The notes under the pieces were generated by a model. It saw nothing but the letters and a program-made list of their open reading frames with translations, made no database searches and was not told the DNA's origin. A stretch of 41,937 nucleotides of DNA, from IMG/VR virus record IMGVR_UViG_3300020042_000346, positions 1 to 41,937 of that record; one strand, 5' to 3'. Source of the stretch: a virus. Lineage: Duplodnaviria; Caudoviricetes. A program made the translations under genes and the position numbers. This document shows, piece by piece, positions 8,588 to 16,770 of the stretch. Positions within the stretch are counted from its first letter, which is position 1; every line of letters starts with the position of its first letter.

Positions 8588-8959
8588 ATGGCAAGAGAAA
8601 CAGTGTATTACGACGATCAGTCCAAAGGTGGCGGTGGTAGCGGCAAACTTTTTAAAGCCATGGAAGCATATGGTGGCCCTGCTGCGTTAGCGGGTAGCGG
8701 CGCGGTTGGTTACGCCGATTACAAACTTACAAAACAAAGAGAACAAGACAAAAGCGAAGCGGCCTCTGAGATGAAGCGTGAGTCTCGTGGTGTCCCAAAA
8801 CCCGCTAACTTTGACGCAATTCAAGAAGCTAAACGTGATGCCCAAGATGCCAAAGATCGTAAAAAGATCAGTGACATGGGCTACGCTAAAGGCGGTTCAG
8901 CTTCTTCACGTGCAGATGGTATTGCCCAACGGGGTAAAACCCGTGGAAAGATGTGCTAG
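8588..8959 (+). CDS. Small protein with a unique N-terminal domain and a shared C-terminal tag
   Basis: AAGGAG SD. C-terminus YAKGGSASSRADGIAQRGKTRGKMC. Confidence 0.75.
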   Translation: MARETVYYDDQSKGGGGSGKLFKAMEAYGGPAALAGSGAVGYADYKLTKQREQDKSEAASEMKRESRGVPKPANFDAIQEAKRDAQDAKDRKKISDMGYAKGGSASSRADGIAQRGKTRGKMC

Positions 8960-8962
8960 ATT

Positions 8963-9238
8963 ATGATGGCATCCCGTGGTATGGGCGCAATCCGCCCCTC
9001 AAAAATGCCCGGCGCTAAGAAAATGGCGCGACGGGATGACACTGATTTCACCCAGTACAAAGAGGGTGGTAAGGTAAACGCTGCTGGCAATTACACAAAA
9101 CCTAGTCTTCGTAAGAAGATTTTGGCGCAGGTAAAAGCCGCAGCAACGCAGGGTACTGGCGCAGGTCAGTGGTCGGCACGCAAAGCACAGCTTGTTGCCA
9201 AGAAGTACAAGGCGGCTGGCGGAGGCTACCGAGATTGA
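8963..9238 (+). CDS. Basic protein, DUF5872-like domain after a YKEGG motif
   Basis: NYTKPSLRKKI...GQWSARKAQL..KKYKAAGGGY motif. Confidence 0.65.
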   Translation: MMASRGMGAIRPSKMPGAKKMARRDDTDFTQYKEGGKVNAAGNYTKPSLRKKILAQVKAAATQGTGAGQWSARKAQLVAKKYKAAGGGYRD

Positions 9239-9468
9239 AAGCCCCTCAAAAATCCCTTAAAGATTGGGGCGACCAAAAATGGAGAACCAAAAGTGGTAAA
9301 AAATCTTCTGACACTGGTGAAAGATACCTTCCAAGCGCTGCGATCAAAAGTCTCAGCCCTGCTGAGTACGCTGCGACGACCAAAGCCAAGCGGGCAGGAA
9401 AAGCCGCCGGAAAACAATTCGTAGCCCAACCCAAGACAATTGCAAAGAAAACAGCAGGGTATAGATAA
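9235..9468 (+). CDS. Basic protein (QKSLKDW..QKWRTKSG...RYLP), partner of the upstream gene
   Basis: GGAGG SD, then a TTG start overlapping the upstream TGA (TTGA). The stop overlaps the next ATG. Confidence 0.65.
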   Translation: MKAPQKSLKDWGDQKWRTKSGKKSSDTGERYLPSAAIKSLSPAEYAATTKAKRAGKAAGKQFVAQPKTIAKKTAGYR

Positions 9469-10400
9469 TGGCTAAGACCACCGGAACCACAGCCTTTGAC
9501 CTTGACATGAACGACCTCATTGAGGAGGCGTTTGAGCGTTGTGGTCAAGAACTTCGCACGGGTTACAACTTCCGCACTGCACGTCGGTCGTTGAACTTGC
9601 TGACGATTGAGTGGGCAAACCGTGGTTTGAACTTCTGGACTGTAGAACAGGGCCAGATTCCAATGGTGACGGGTCAGGCTATCTACCCCATGCCTACAGA
9701 CACAATCAATCTCCTAGACATGGTTATACGCCAGAGTAACGCCACATCTAACCAGATCGACATCAACATCAGCGGCATTTCAGAATCGACCTATATGTCG
9801 TTGCCAAACAAGTTGGCACAAGGTCGCCCAATTCAGGTCTGGTACAACCGCCAGTCCGGTCAAGAAAACAGCACTACGGTTACCCTTAACGGAACCATTT
9901 CATCTACAGCCACCACAATCACGTTGTCTAATGTGGACGGTTTGACCACTGCTGGATTTATCAAGATTGATAATGAGACCATCAGTTACCCCAACATAGA
10001 CCCTGTAAACAACCAGTTGCTTAACTGCGCTCGTGGACAGAACGGCACAACCGCTGCGGCGCACACTACCGGCGCGGCTATCACTGTGCAGAACCTACCT
10101 GCTATTAACGTGTGGCCCACGCCTAACGCCCCCGGTGACCAGTACATGTTTGTGTACTACCGCATGCGCCGTATTCAGGACGCTGGTTCTGGTGTAACTG
10201 TCCAAGACATTCCATTCCGTTTTATCCCCTGTATGGTGGCAGGACTGGCCTATCTGTTGAGCATGAAGCTACCAGATGTTGACCCCCAGCGTGTGATGGG
10301 TCTAAAGGCCGAGTACGAACAGCAGTGGGAATTGGCGCAGTCAGAAGACCGCGATACCTCTCCGTTGAGGTTTGTGCCAAGGAACTTGTTCTATGCCTAA
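9468..10400 (+). CDS. Head-tail adaptor / tail tubular-like protein 1
   Basis: Helical N-terminus (LIEEAFERCG...ARRSLNLLTIEWANRG), GRP..Y and WPTP motifs, C-terminal GLAYLL helix, and a T-rich insertion. Confidence 0.65.
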   Translation: MAKTTGTTAFDLDMNDLIEEAFERCGQELRTGYNFRTARRSLNLLTIEWANRGLNFWTVEQGQIPMVTGQAIYPMPTDTINLLDMVIRQSNATSNQIDINISGISESTYMSLPNKLAQGRPIQVWYNRQSGQENSTTVTLNGTISSTATTITLSNVDGLTTAGFIKIDNETISYPNIDPVNNQLLNCARGQNGTTAAAHTTGAAITVQNLPAINVWPTPNAPGDQYMFVYYRMRRIQDAGSGVTVQDIPFRFIPCMVAGLAYLLSMKLPDVDPQRVMGLKAEYEQQWELAQSEDRDTSPLRFVPRNLFYA

Positions 10401-10821
10401 TCGGTTTTCTTCCGGTAAGCATGCAATTGCTGAATGCGACCGTTGTGCGCAGAGGTACATGCTCAAGGAATTAAAGACACAGACAGTCAAGACTAAGCCA
10501 TTTAAGGTCAAGGTTTGCCCCGCATGTTGGGATCCCGATCAGCCACAGTTGCAACTGGGTATGTATCCAGTTAATGATCCGCAAGCTGTGCGTGAGCCGC
10601 GCCCCGATGTGAGCTACCAAGTTTCTGGCCAAAGTGGCTTACAAATTTTGCTGACTGATAGCACTACTCAAGATGGGTTTGGTTATCCAGAGCAAGGTAG
10701 TCGGGTCTTTCAATGGGGGTACAACCCTGTTGGTGGAGCAAGTGGATTTGATACACTTTTAACGCCAAATAGCTTGGTGTTAGCAATAGAACTTGGTACA
10801 GTTACGGTTACAGTTACATAA
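10393..10821 (+). CDS. Zn-ribbon protein (CDRC...CPAC) of the neck region
   Basis: Two CxxC pairs and a DPQAV..PRPD motif. AAGGA SD before ATG 10393. Confidence 0.65.
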   Translation: MPNRFSSGKHAIAECDRCAQRYMLKELKTQTVKTKPFKVKVCPACWDPDQPQLQLGMYPVNDPQAVREPRPDVSYQVSGQSGLQILLTDSTTQDGFGYPEQGSRVFQWGYNPVGGASGFDTLLTPNSLVLAIELGTVTVTVT

Positions 10822-10831
10822 GGAGCTTAAT

Positions 10832-11035
10832 ATGGACAAAGCAGATTTGAAACAAGACAAGAAGATGATGGCTGGTATGGTGCATAAGCACGAAAAAGGC
10901 ATGCATCAAGGTATGAAGCCAACAAAGTTTGCCAAAGGCGGCAAGACTAATGCTCAGATGAAAGCTCTGGGTCGTGGTTTGGCCAAAGTGGCTAATCAGA
11001 AGAAGTCTTCCTTCACATACAAAAAAGGAGCTTGA
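10832..11035 (+). CDS. Small basic protein with FAKGG motif
   Basis: TAAGGAG SD before ATG 10832. HKHEKGMH and GRGLAKVANQ motifs. Confidence 0.7.
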   Translation: MDKADLKQDKKMMAGMVHKHEKGMHQGMKPTKFAKGGKTNAQMKALGRGLAKVANQKKSSFTYKKGA

Positions 11036-11036
11036 T

Positions 11037-11303
11037 ATGGCCACTTTTAGCAAAAAAGTAATGGGCAAAGAAGTTGGCGATGCCAGCGTTTATGCTCCGC
11101 CCCACAACATGAGTGGTGAAGCAGGTGTAGACATCAAGAACAGCGGCTACCAAGGCGGCAATCGTTTGACCGCCAATGATGTGAACATGTCTGTTGGCAA
11201 CATCAGTCGTGATCCATACAAAGAACCAAAGACTTCTGGTATTAAAACCCGTGGTAATGGCTGCGCTACCAAAGGCGTAATAGCCCGGGGGCCAATGGCT
11301 TGA
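11037..11303 (+). CDS. Small protein ending in KTRGNGCATKG
   Basis: AAGGAG SD before ATG 11037. The C-terminal motif resembles the RxxGxAxKG tag of the 7754-8959 proteins. Confidence 0.7.
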   Translation: MATFSKKVMGKEVGDASVYAPPHNMSGEAGVDIKNSGYQGGNRLTANDVNMSVGNISRDPYKEPKTSGIKTRGNGCATKGVIARGPMA

Positions 11304-11304
11304 T

Positions 11305-12003
11305 ATGAATTACACCCAACTGTTTGATACTATTCAGTCGTATACGGAAAATAATTTTCCGGATTTTACTCTTGCCAGTGGCGGAATAGAAACGACTACT
11401 GAACAAATCAACAGGTTTATTGAGCAAGCGGAATTACGCATCTATAACACGGTGCAGTTTCCTTTTTTGCGCAAAAACATGACGGGTAACATTCAGTCGG
11501 GTAATAAGTATCTTAGCGCTCCAGATGATTATCTTGCTACATATTCTTTGGCAGTGATAGATGGGTCTGGTAACTACGAGTACTTGTTAAACAAAGACGT
11601 AAATTACATTCGTCAAGCGTATCCTAATCCTACGACAGATGTTGGGATCCCTAAATACTATGCTTTGTTTGGCCCAACAATCAGTGGAAGCACCATCACA
11701 ACTGAGTTAAGTTTTATTCTTGGCCCAACACCAGATACAAGTTACAACGTTGAGTTGCATTTCTATTACTACCCAGAATCTATCGTAACGGCTGGCACGT
11801 CATGGCTTGGTGATAACTTTGATACTGTACTTCTGTATGGTTCACTGGTTGAGGCTTATACCTTTATGAAAGGTGAGACAGACATGTTGGCCTTGTATGA
11901 CGGTAAATACAAAGAAGCCCTTGCACAAGCTAAACGTTTGGGCGATGGTATGGAGCGTCAAGACGCTTATCGTTCTGGTCAATATAGACAGGCGGTGACA
12001 TGA
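11305..12003 (+). CDS. Head-tail adaptor protein 2
   Basis: FIEQAELRI, G.PKYYA, LGPTPD..Y.VELHF and LLYGSLVEAY motifs typical of podovirus adaptor proteins. Confidence 0.7.
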   Translation: MNYTQLFDTIQSYTENNFPDFTLASGGIETTTEQINRFIEQAELRIYNTVQFPFLRKNMTGNIQSGNKYLSAPDDYLATYSLAVIDGSGNYEYLLNKDVNYIRQAYPNPTTDVGIPKYYALFGPTISGSTITTELSFILGPTPDTSYNVELHFYYYPESIVTAGTSWLGDNFDTVLLYGSLVEAYTFMKGETDMLALYDGKYKEALAQAKRLGDGMERQDAYRSGQYRQAVT

Positions 12004-12539
12004 AAACTTGTACCAAATGCAATACTCAGAAAGAACTGAGTATGTTTCACAAAGGTCGGAATCCTGATGGGCACCGAACTTGGTGTGCAACTTGTGTGTC
12101 TGAGTATAAGAAACAATATAAAATAGATAACGCAGAACGTATCAAAAAAGTGCAACGTGCGTATGATGCGGAAAAAAATCCAATGAGGCGCGAGTATTTT
12201 CAACAAAGATATTTAGCCAAGAAAAACCATATTTTGGCCGTTGGAAGCGCATACAAAAAAGCTAATCTACACAAACATGCGGCAAAAGAAGCACGGCGGA
12301 GAACTGCAAAATTGCAACGTACACCACAATGGTTAATTGAAGATGACCATTGGATCATTGCACAAGCCTACGAGTTGGCTGCTTTGAGGACTAAACTGTT
12401 TGGTTTTCAGTGGGAAGTTGATCACATAATTCCATTGCAAGGAAAATTTGTATCGGGCTTTCATGTGCCAACAAACTTACAAGTGATACCGTTTACAATG
12501 AACCGCCAAAAACACAACCGTTATGAGGTGGTACTTTGA
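12000..12539 (+). CDS. Free-standing HNH homing endonuclease with N-terminal Zn finger
   Basis: CTKC...CATC, then VDHIIPLQG...HVPTNLQVI...N.QK. AT-richer, basic, and inserted among structural genes. Confidence 0.85.
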   Translation: MKTCTKCNTQKELSMFHKGRNPDGHRTWCATCVSEYKKQYKIDNAERIKKVQRAYDAEKNPMRREYFQQRYLAKKNHILAVGSAYKKANLHKHAAKEARRRTAKLQRTPQWLIEDDHWIIAQAYELAALRTKLFGFQWEVDHIIPLQGKFVSGFHVPTNLQVIPFTMNRQKHNRYEVVL

Positions 12540-12958
12540 GCTTTACAGGTAATTACTCCTGCAATACGTTGCGGACTGGGTTAATCAATGGGACGTTGAA
12601 CTTTTCAACTGACACATTTCGTTTGGCGTTGTATACCAACTCAGCCACATTAAACCAACTGACTACGGCTTACACATCAGATGGTGAAACTTCTGGTGGT
12701 AACTATGCGGCTGGTGGGCTGGTAGTAACGGCGACAGTGAATACTGCGCTTAGTTCAAACAGCAGTACCATTTACGTTAACTTTTCCAGCCCAGCGTGGA
12801 CTGGCGCAATTACGGCTCGTGGCGCGTTGATTTATAAAGCCGGAGCGAATGGTGCTGTCTGTGTTTTAGATTTTGGAAACAACGTAACGTCAACCAGTAC
12901 ATTTACTGTCACGATGCCCGCTAACACTAGCTCGGCTGCTCTCATTAGACTTGTATAG
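12536..12958 (+). CDS. Tail-associated protein (paralogue A)
   Basis: GAGGTGG SD and TTG start. TFRLALYT...TAYT..GE...YAAGG...ARGALIY...AVCVLDFG. Confidence 0.65.
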   Translation: MSFTGNYSCNTLRTGLINGTLNFSTDTFRLALYTNSATLNQLTTAYTSDGETSGGNYAAGGLVVTATVNTALSSNSSTIYVNFSSPAWTGAITARGALIYKAGANGAVCVLDFGNNVTSTSTFTVTMPANTSSAALIRLV

Positions 12959-12965
12959 GAAAAAC

Positions 12966-13157
12966 ATGGCACTTGTAACCACCACCAAAGGCGAAATGGA
13001 CGAATCTCTTCTTGAGAAAAAAGAAGGCTTCGTGGATAATGACAACGAATACACAACATGGGTTGAGTATTGGCACGAAGGTGAATTGGTTCACCGCTCT
13101 GCTCATGTCGCATTAAAGAAAGCGGTTGGTCTTTCCGCTGTCGCAGCTTCTTTTTAA
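12966..13157 (+). CDS. 63-aa hypothetical protein
   Basis: AGGA SD before ATG 12966. Acidic, with VEYWHEGELVHRS. Confidence 0.65.
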   Translation: MALVTTTKGEMDESLLEKKEGFVDNDNEYTTWVEYWHEGELVHRSAHVALKKAVGLSAVAASF

Positions 13158-13168
13158 AAGGAAAAATC

Positions 13169-13627
13169 ATGGCAAATACGCAATCAATGTGCACCTCGTT
13201 CATGCAAGAACTCTTGACGGCTACGCACAACTTCACAACCGGTACAGGTAATACTTTCAAAGCTGCTCTGTATGAGGCTACAGCCACATATAACGCCGCA
13301 ACCACTGCTTATAGTACTTCTGGTGAGGTAACAGGAACAAACTACGTGGCGGGCGGTGTAACAGTGACCAACGGCACGTCCCCGTTATCTACAAATACAT
13401 CGTCTACTGCGGGCGTTGCATATTGGACACCTTCAGCCAGTCTTGTTTATACCAACGTAACGTTGACTACAGCGTTTGATGCAGTGTTGATCTACAACTC
13501 ATCCGCTTCTAATAAAGCAGTTAGCGTTCATACATTTGGTTCTCAAACTGTTACTGCTGGTACGTTCACACTAACAATGCCTGTTAACGCTACAACCACC
13601 GGTTTGCTCCGCTTGTCTACAACCTAA
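13169..13627 (+). CDS. Tail-associated protein (paralogue B)
   Basis: AAGGA SD. TFKAALY...TAYSTSGEV...YVAGG...LIYN...AVSVHTFG aligns by eye with 12536..12958. Confidence 0.65.
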   Translation: MANTQSMCTSFMQELLTATHNFTTGTGNTFKAALYEATATYNAATTAYSTSGEVTGTNYVAGGVTVTNGTSPLSTNTSSTAGVAYWTPSASLVYTNVTLTTAFDAVLIYNSSASNKAVSVHTFGSQTVTAGTFTLTMPVNATTTGLLRLSTT

Positions 13628-13628
13628 T

Positions 13629-13661
13629 GAGGGCGGCGGGTAATCCCGCTGTGTAGCCATG
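13629..13661 (+). promoter_or_regulatory. Hairpin between the SD and start codon of the repeat-protein gene
   Basis: GAGG (13629-13632), stem GCGGCGGG-TAAT-CCCGCTGT (13633-13652), 6 nt, then ATG. Confidence 0.5.
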
Positions 13662-14891
13662 TTTGGTATCGCCCCGTTTTCCGCTGCGCCGTTTTCCTCG
13701 CTTGCGGGAGGGGATACAAACGTTACTGTTGCCCTTACCGGAGTTCAGGCATCTGGCGCGGTAGGCACAGTTGCGGTTAATCATGCGCAAGCGTTAACTG
13801 GAGTGCAAGCAAGCGGGGCTGTTGGCTCCGTTGCAATGGGTGAGAGAACGGTTGCGCTCACAGGAGTTCAAGCTGCTGGTCAAACGGGTACTGTTGCAGC
13901 CGCAATAACTGAGGACATTACAGGAAACCAAGCCTCTGGCGCTGTAGGTTCCGTTGCTGTTGGCAACAGAGATATAGCCATTACGGGTGTATTTGCCACA
14001 GGTAATGTAGGCACAGTCGTTGCTGAAGTTGTTCAAGCTGTTGCCATTACCGGTGTTCAAGCCTCTGGATCGGTTGGATCGGTTGCAGTTGGAGAGCGTA
14101 CCATTGCTCTGACTGGGGTGGCGGCTGAAGGGTTTGTAGGTGATGTATTTGAGACTCCCGGCGTTGGTATTGCTGGGGTTCATTCTGATGCGGCAGTGGG
14201 TAGCGTTGCGCCAGTTGTGCAGATTGCCCTAACAGGTGTTTCAGCTTCTGGTGCAGTTGGGACTGTAGCTGCCGATCTTGTCAAAGCTATTACGGGAGTT
14301 GAGGCATCTGGTGCGGTTGGTAGTGTTTTAGCCAATGATGCTCAAGCGTTAACTGGAGTTCAAGCCTCTGGCTCGGTTGGGTCTGTTGATAATACAACAA
14401 CCATTGCATTAACAGGAGTCCAAGCTAGTGGTGCTGTTGGCTCGGTTACATTTAGCCGTGTTGTAGGGATTACTGGTGTTGCTGGTGTCGGCGCAGTTGG
14501 TACACCTACAGCGGGTATTACGAAAGCCTTGACTGGCGTAGCCGCTACGGGCGCAGTTGGTTCTGTTACGGGTAGTAAATCGTTTGCTTTGACTGGGGTT
14601 CAGGCCACTGGAGCAGTAGGCAGCGTAGTTGGGTTTAAGTCAGTTGCACTAACAGGTGTTCAAGCCTCTGGCGCAGTCGGTAATGTTGGTGTATTTTATT
14701 GGTCGTTAATTGATGACAGCGAGAACGCAAACTGGCAAAATATCACAAATACCGAATCAGCGGGTTGGGGGTTGATAGATAATGCTCAGACTTCAGCTTG
14801 GCAAGCCATTAGCAGTACTCAATCCGCTAACTGGGGGTTGATTGAAGATGAGCAAAACGCTGATTGGCAAGAAGTTGAGATGGTAAATTAA
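13659..14891 (+). CDS. Repetitive fibre-like virion protein
   Basis: 16 copies of a ~20-22 aa repeat (ALTGVQASGAVGSV core), then about six 11-aa Trp-led repeats. N-terminus MFGIAPFSAAPFS. Confidence 0.7.
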   Translation: MFGIAPFSAAPFSSLAGGDTNVTVALTGVQASGAVGTVAVNHAQALTGVQASGAVGSVAMGERTVALTGVQAAGQTGTVAAAITEDITGNQASGAVGSVAVGNRDIAITGVFATGNVGTVVAEVVQAVAITGVQASGSVGSVAVGERTIALTGVAAEGFVGDVFETPGVGIAGVHSDAAVGSVAPVVQIALTGVSASGAVGTVAADLVKAITGVEASGAVGSVLANDAQALTGVQASGSVGSVDNTTTIALTGVQASGAVGSVTFSRVVGITGVAGVGAVGTPTAGITKALTGVAATGAVGSVTGSKSFALTGVQATGAVGSVVGFKSVALTGVQASGAVGNVGVFYWSLIDDSENANWQNITNTESAGWGLIDNAQTSAWQAISSTQSANWGLIEDEQNADWQEVEMVN

Positions 14892-14900
14892 GGAAACGGC

Positions 14901-15359
14901 ATGGCGATTGTTGTAGCAGACCGGGTAAAAGAAACGACCACTACGGCTGGTACGGGCACTATTACGCTTGCAGGGGCATCCGCAGGCTATCAATCGTTCG
15001 CTGTGATTGGTAATGCAAACCTGACTTATTACACAATTGCTGGGCAGACCGGCAATGAATGGGAAGTGGGTATTGGTACGTACACATCCTCTGGCACTAC
15101 ACTGGCGCGTACAACGGTTCTTGCCAATAGTTCAGGAACACAGCCCAGTGCGTTGAGTTTTTCTGCCGGTACTAAAGATGTGTTTGTTACCTATCCAGCA
15201 ATAGGAAGTTCTACAAGCGGAGTAATAGTGCAAAGCGATACAGTATCCCAAAGCACAACAATCAGCACGGGGTCTAATGGTTTATCTGTTGGCCCTGTAA
15301 CAGTGGCTTCAGGGCAGTCTGTGACAGTGGCTTCCGGCCAAAGGTGGGTGGTTATATGA
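14901..15359 (+). CDS. Tail fibre base / adaptor protein
   Basis: DRVKETTTT.GTGT.TL, EWEVGIGTY, FSAGTKDVFVTYPA, and a C-terminal beta-helix-like VTVASGQS tandem repeat. Confidence 0.6.
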   Translation: MAIVVADRVKETTTTAGTGTITLAGASAGYQSFAVIGNANLTYYTIAGQTGNEWEVGIGTYTSSGTTLARTTVLANSSGTQPSALSFSAGTKDVFVTYPAIGSSTSGVIVQSDTVSQSTTISTGSNGLSVGPVTVASGQSVTVASGQRWVVI

Positions 15360-16426
15360 GCACAATTTCAGCAGGAACAACTACAACTACGGCGCTGGTC
15401 AGCACAGCGGATACCACAGGCAATCTGACTCTTACACCTGTCTCTGGGGTAGTGACTGTTAATTCTACTGGCGCTTTGACTTTGCCTGTTGGGACAACGG
15501 CTCAACGCCCTACTGGTGCAACCGGAATGGTTAGGATGAACACAACTACCGGATTGCCGGAGTGGTATGACGCAACAAATTCTTCTTGGATCGCTTTTAA
15601 TCAAGCTCCACCATATAGCGTTGAAATGTTTGCTTGGGGTGGGGGTGGCGCTGGTGGTTACGCAGGCACTGGAACTGGCGGCGGCGGCGGCGCGGCAACC
15701 GGAACTATGGTGGTAACATTTCCTGAGGCTTTCGCTGTGGTAATTGGCGGCGGTGGAAACTCCAGAGCGGCAAATGCTGGAACAGGCCCCGCAGTTGCTG
15801 GTGGTGGTGGGCTTTGCGGAAACTCTGGGTATGGCGGCGGTGGTGGTGGGTATTCTGGAATTTTCTTGACTTCTGCTTCTCAAGCAAATGCTCGTCTTAT
15901 TGCTGGTGGTGGAGGTGGTGCTTCTTACGAAGACCGAAATGGTGGCGCTGGTGGCGGCACAAATGGCGTTGCTGGTGCAGCCGGAAACTCGGCTGGTGGT
16001 GGTGGCGGTACTCAGTCTGCTGGAGGTAGTTCTGTTTCTCAAACAGGATCTGCATTGCAAGGCGGTTCTTCCGGCACAGAAGGCGATGGCGGCGGCTCTG
16101 GTGGCGGTGGCGGTGGATATTGGGGTGGCGGCGCTGGTTCAAACACAAACCCCGGCTCTTCTGGCGGTGGCGGTTCTGCTTATTACAACTCAACGTCTGT
16201 AACTTCCGCAACATTGACAGCAGGTTCTGGGACAACACCCGGTGATTCTTCTAATCCGTTGAGAGGAAGTGCTGGTAATGGCGGCGCAGCCGGAAACAAT
16301 AACGGAGTAGCGGGAGTTGTTGTTATTCGCTATTTGGGAGCGCAACGAGGTACAGGCGGCACAGTAACTTCTTCTGGCGGTTACACATACCACACGTTCA
16401 CAACTGCTGGCACATATACTGCGTAA
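15356..16426 (+). CDS. Glycine-rich domain fibre/adhesin protein 1
   Basis: ATGA overlap at 15356. GALTLPVGTTAQRP module, WGGGGAGG, poly-Gly tracts, GVVVIRY. Confidence 0.7.
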   Translation: MSTISAGTTTTTALVSTADTTGNLTLTPVSGVVTVNSTGALTLPVGTTAQRPTGATGMVRMNTTTGLPEWYDATNSSWIAFNQAPPYSVEMFAWGGGGAGGYAGTGTGGGGGAATGTMVVTFPEAFAVVIGGGGNSRAANAGTGPAVAGGGGLCGNSGYGGGGGGYSGIFLTSASQANARLIAGGGGGASYEDRNGGAGGGTNGVAGAAGNSAGGGGGTQSAGGSSVSQTGSALQGGSSGTEGDGGGSGGGGGGYWGGGAGSNTNPGSSGGGGSAYYNSTSVTSATLTAGSGTTPGDSSNPLRGSAGNGGAAGNNNGVAGVVVIRYLGAQRGTGGTVTSSGGYTYHTFTTAGTYTA

Positions 16427-16435
16427 GGACATAAA

Positions 16436-16756
16436 ATGGCTTGGTACGCAAAAGTAGAAAATAACATCGTTACTGATGTTTTGTATTTGGTAGATACCAA
16501 AGACAGTGATTGGCTATATCGAGAATATGGCGGTAAATGGTTGCGGTGTGCAGAAGATGGCTCAATACGCCAATGCTTTCCCGGCGTTGGCTACGTCTAT
16601 GACAGCCAAACTGATGCGTTCATTCCGCCTAAACCATTTCCATCTTGGTTGTACAACCAGACTCAACACCTATGGTATGCGCCTGTATCTTGTCCCCAAG
16701 ACGGTCATAAATATAGGTGGGATGAAACCACAGTATCTTGGGTTTTGGTTCAATAA
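16436..16756 (+). CDS. Fibre-associated / assembly protein (paralogue 1)
   Basis: GVGYVYD...DAFIPPKPFPSW...W.AP...YRWDETTVSW, with TAAGGA SD. Confidence 0.6.
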   Translation: MAWYAKVENNIVTDVLYLVDTKDSDWLYREYGGKWLRCAEDGSIRQCFPGVGYVYDSQTDAFIPPKPFPSWLYNQTQHLWYAPVSCPQDGHKYRWDETTVSWVLVQ

Positions 16757-16770
16757 AGATTGAGGTAGAC

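Noticed and set aside
7754-9238. Double-glycine bacteriocin/RiPP precursor cluster
   Set aside because: There is no C39 peptidase transporter or modifying enzyme, the GG motifs are mostly C-terminal, and the context is a virion operon.
13730-14690. Periodic ~60-66 nt repeats that could suggest a CRISPR array
   Set aside because: The repeats are degenerate at third codon positions and lie in frame within a protein. There are no identical repeat-spacer units and no cas genes.
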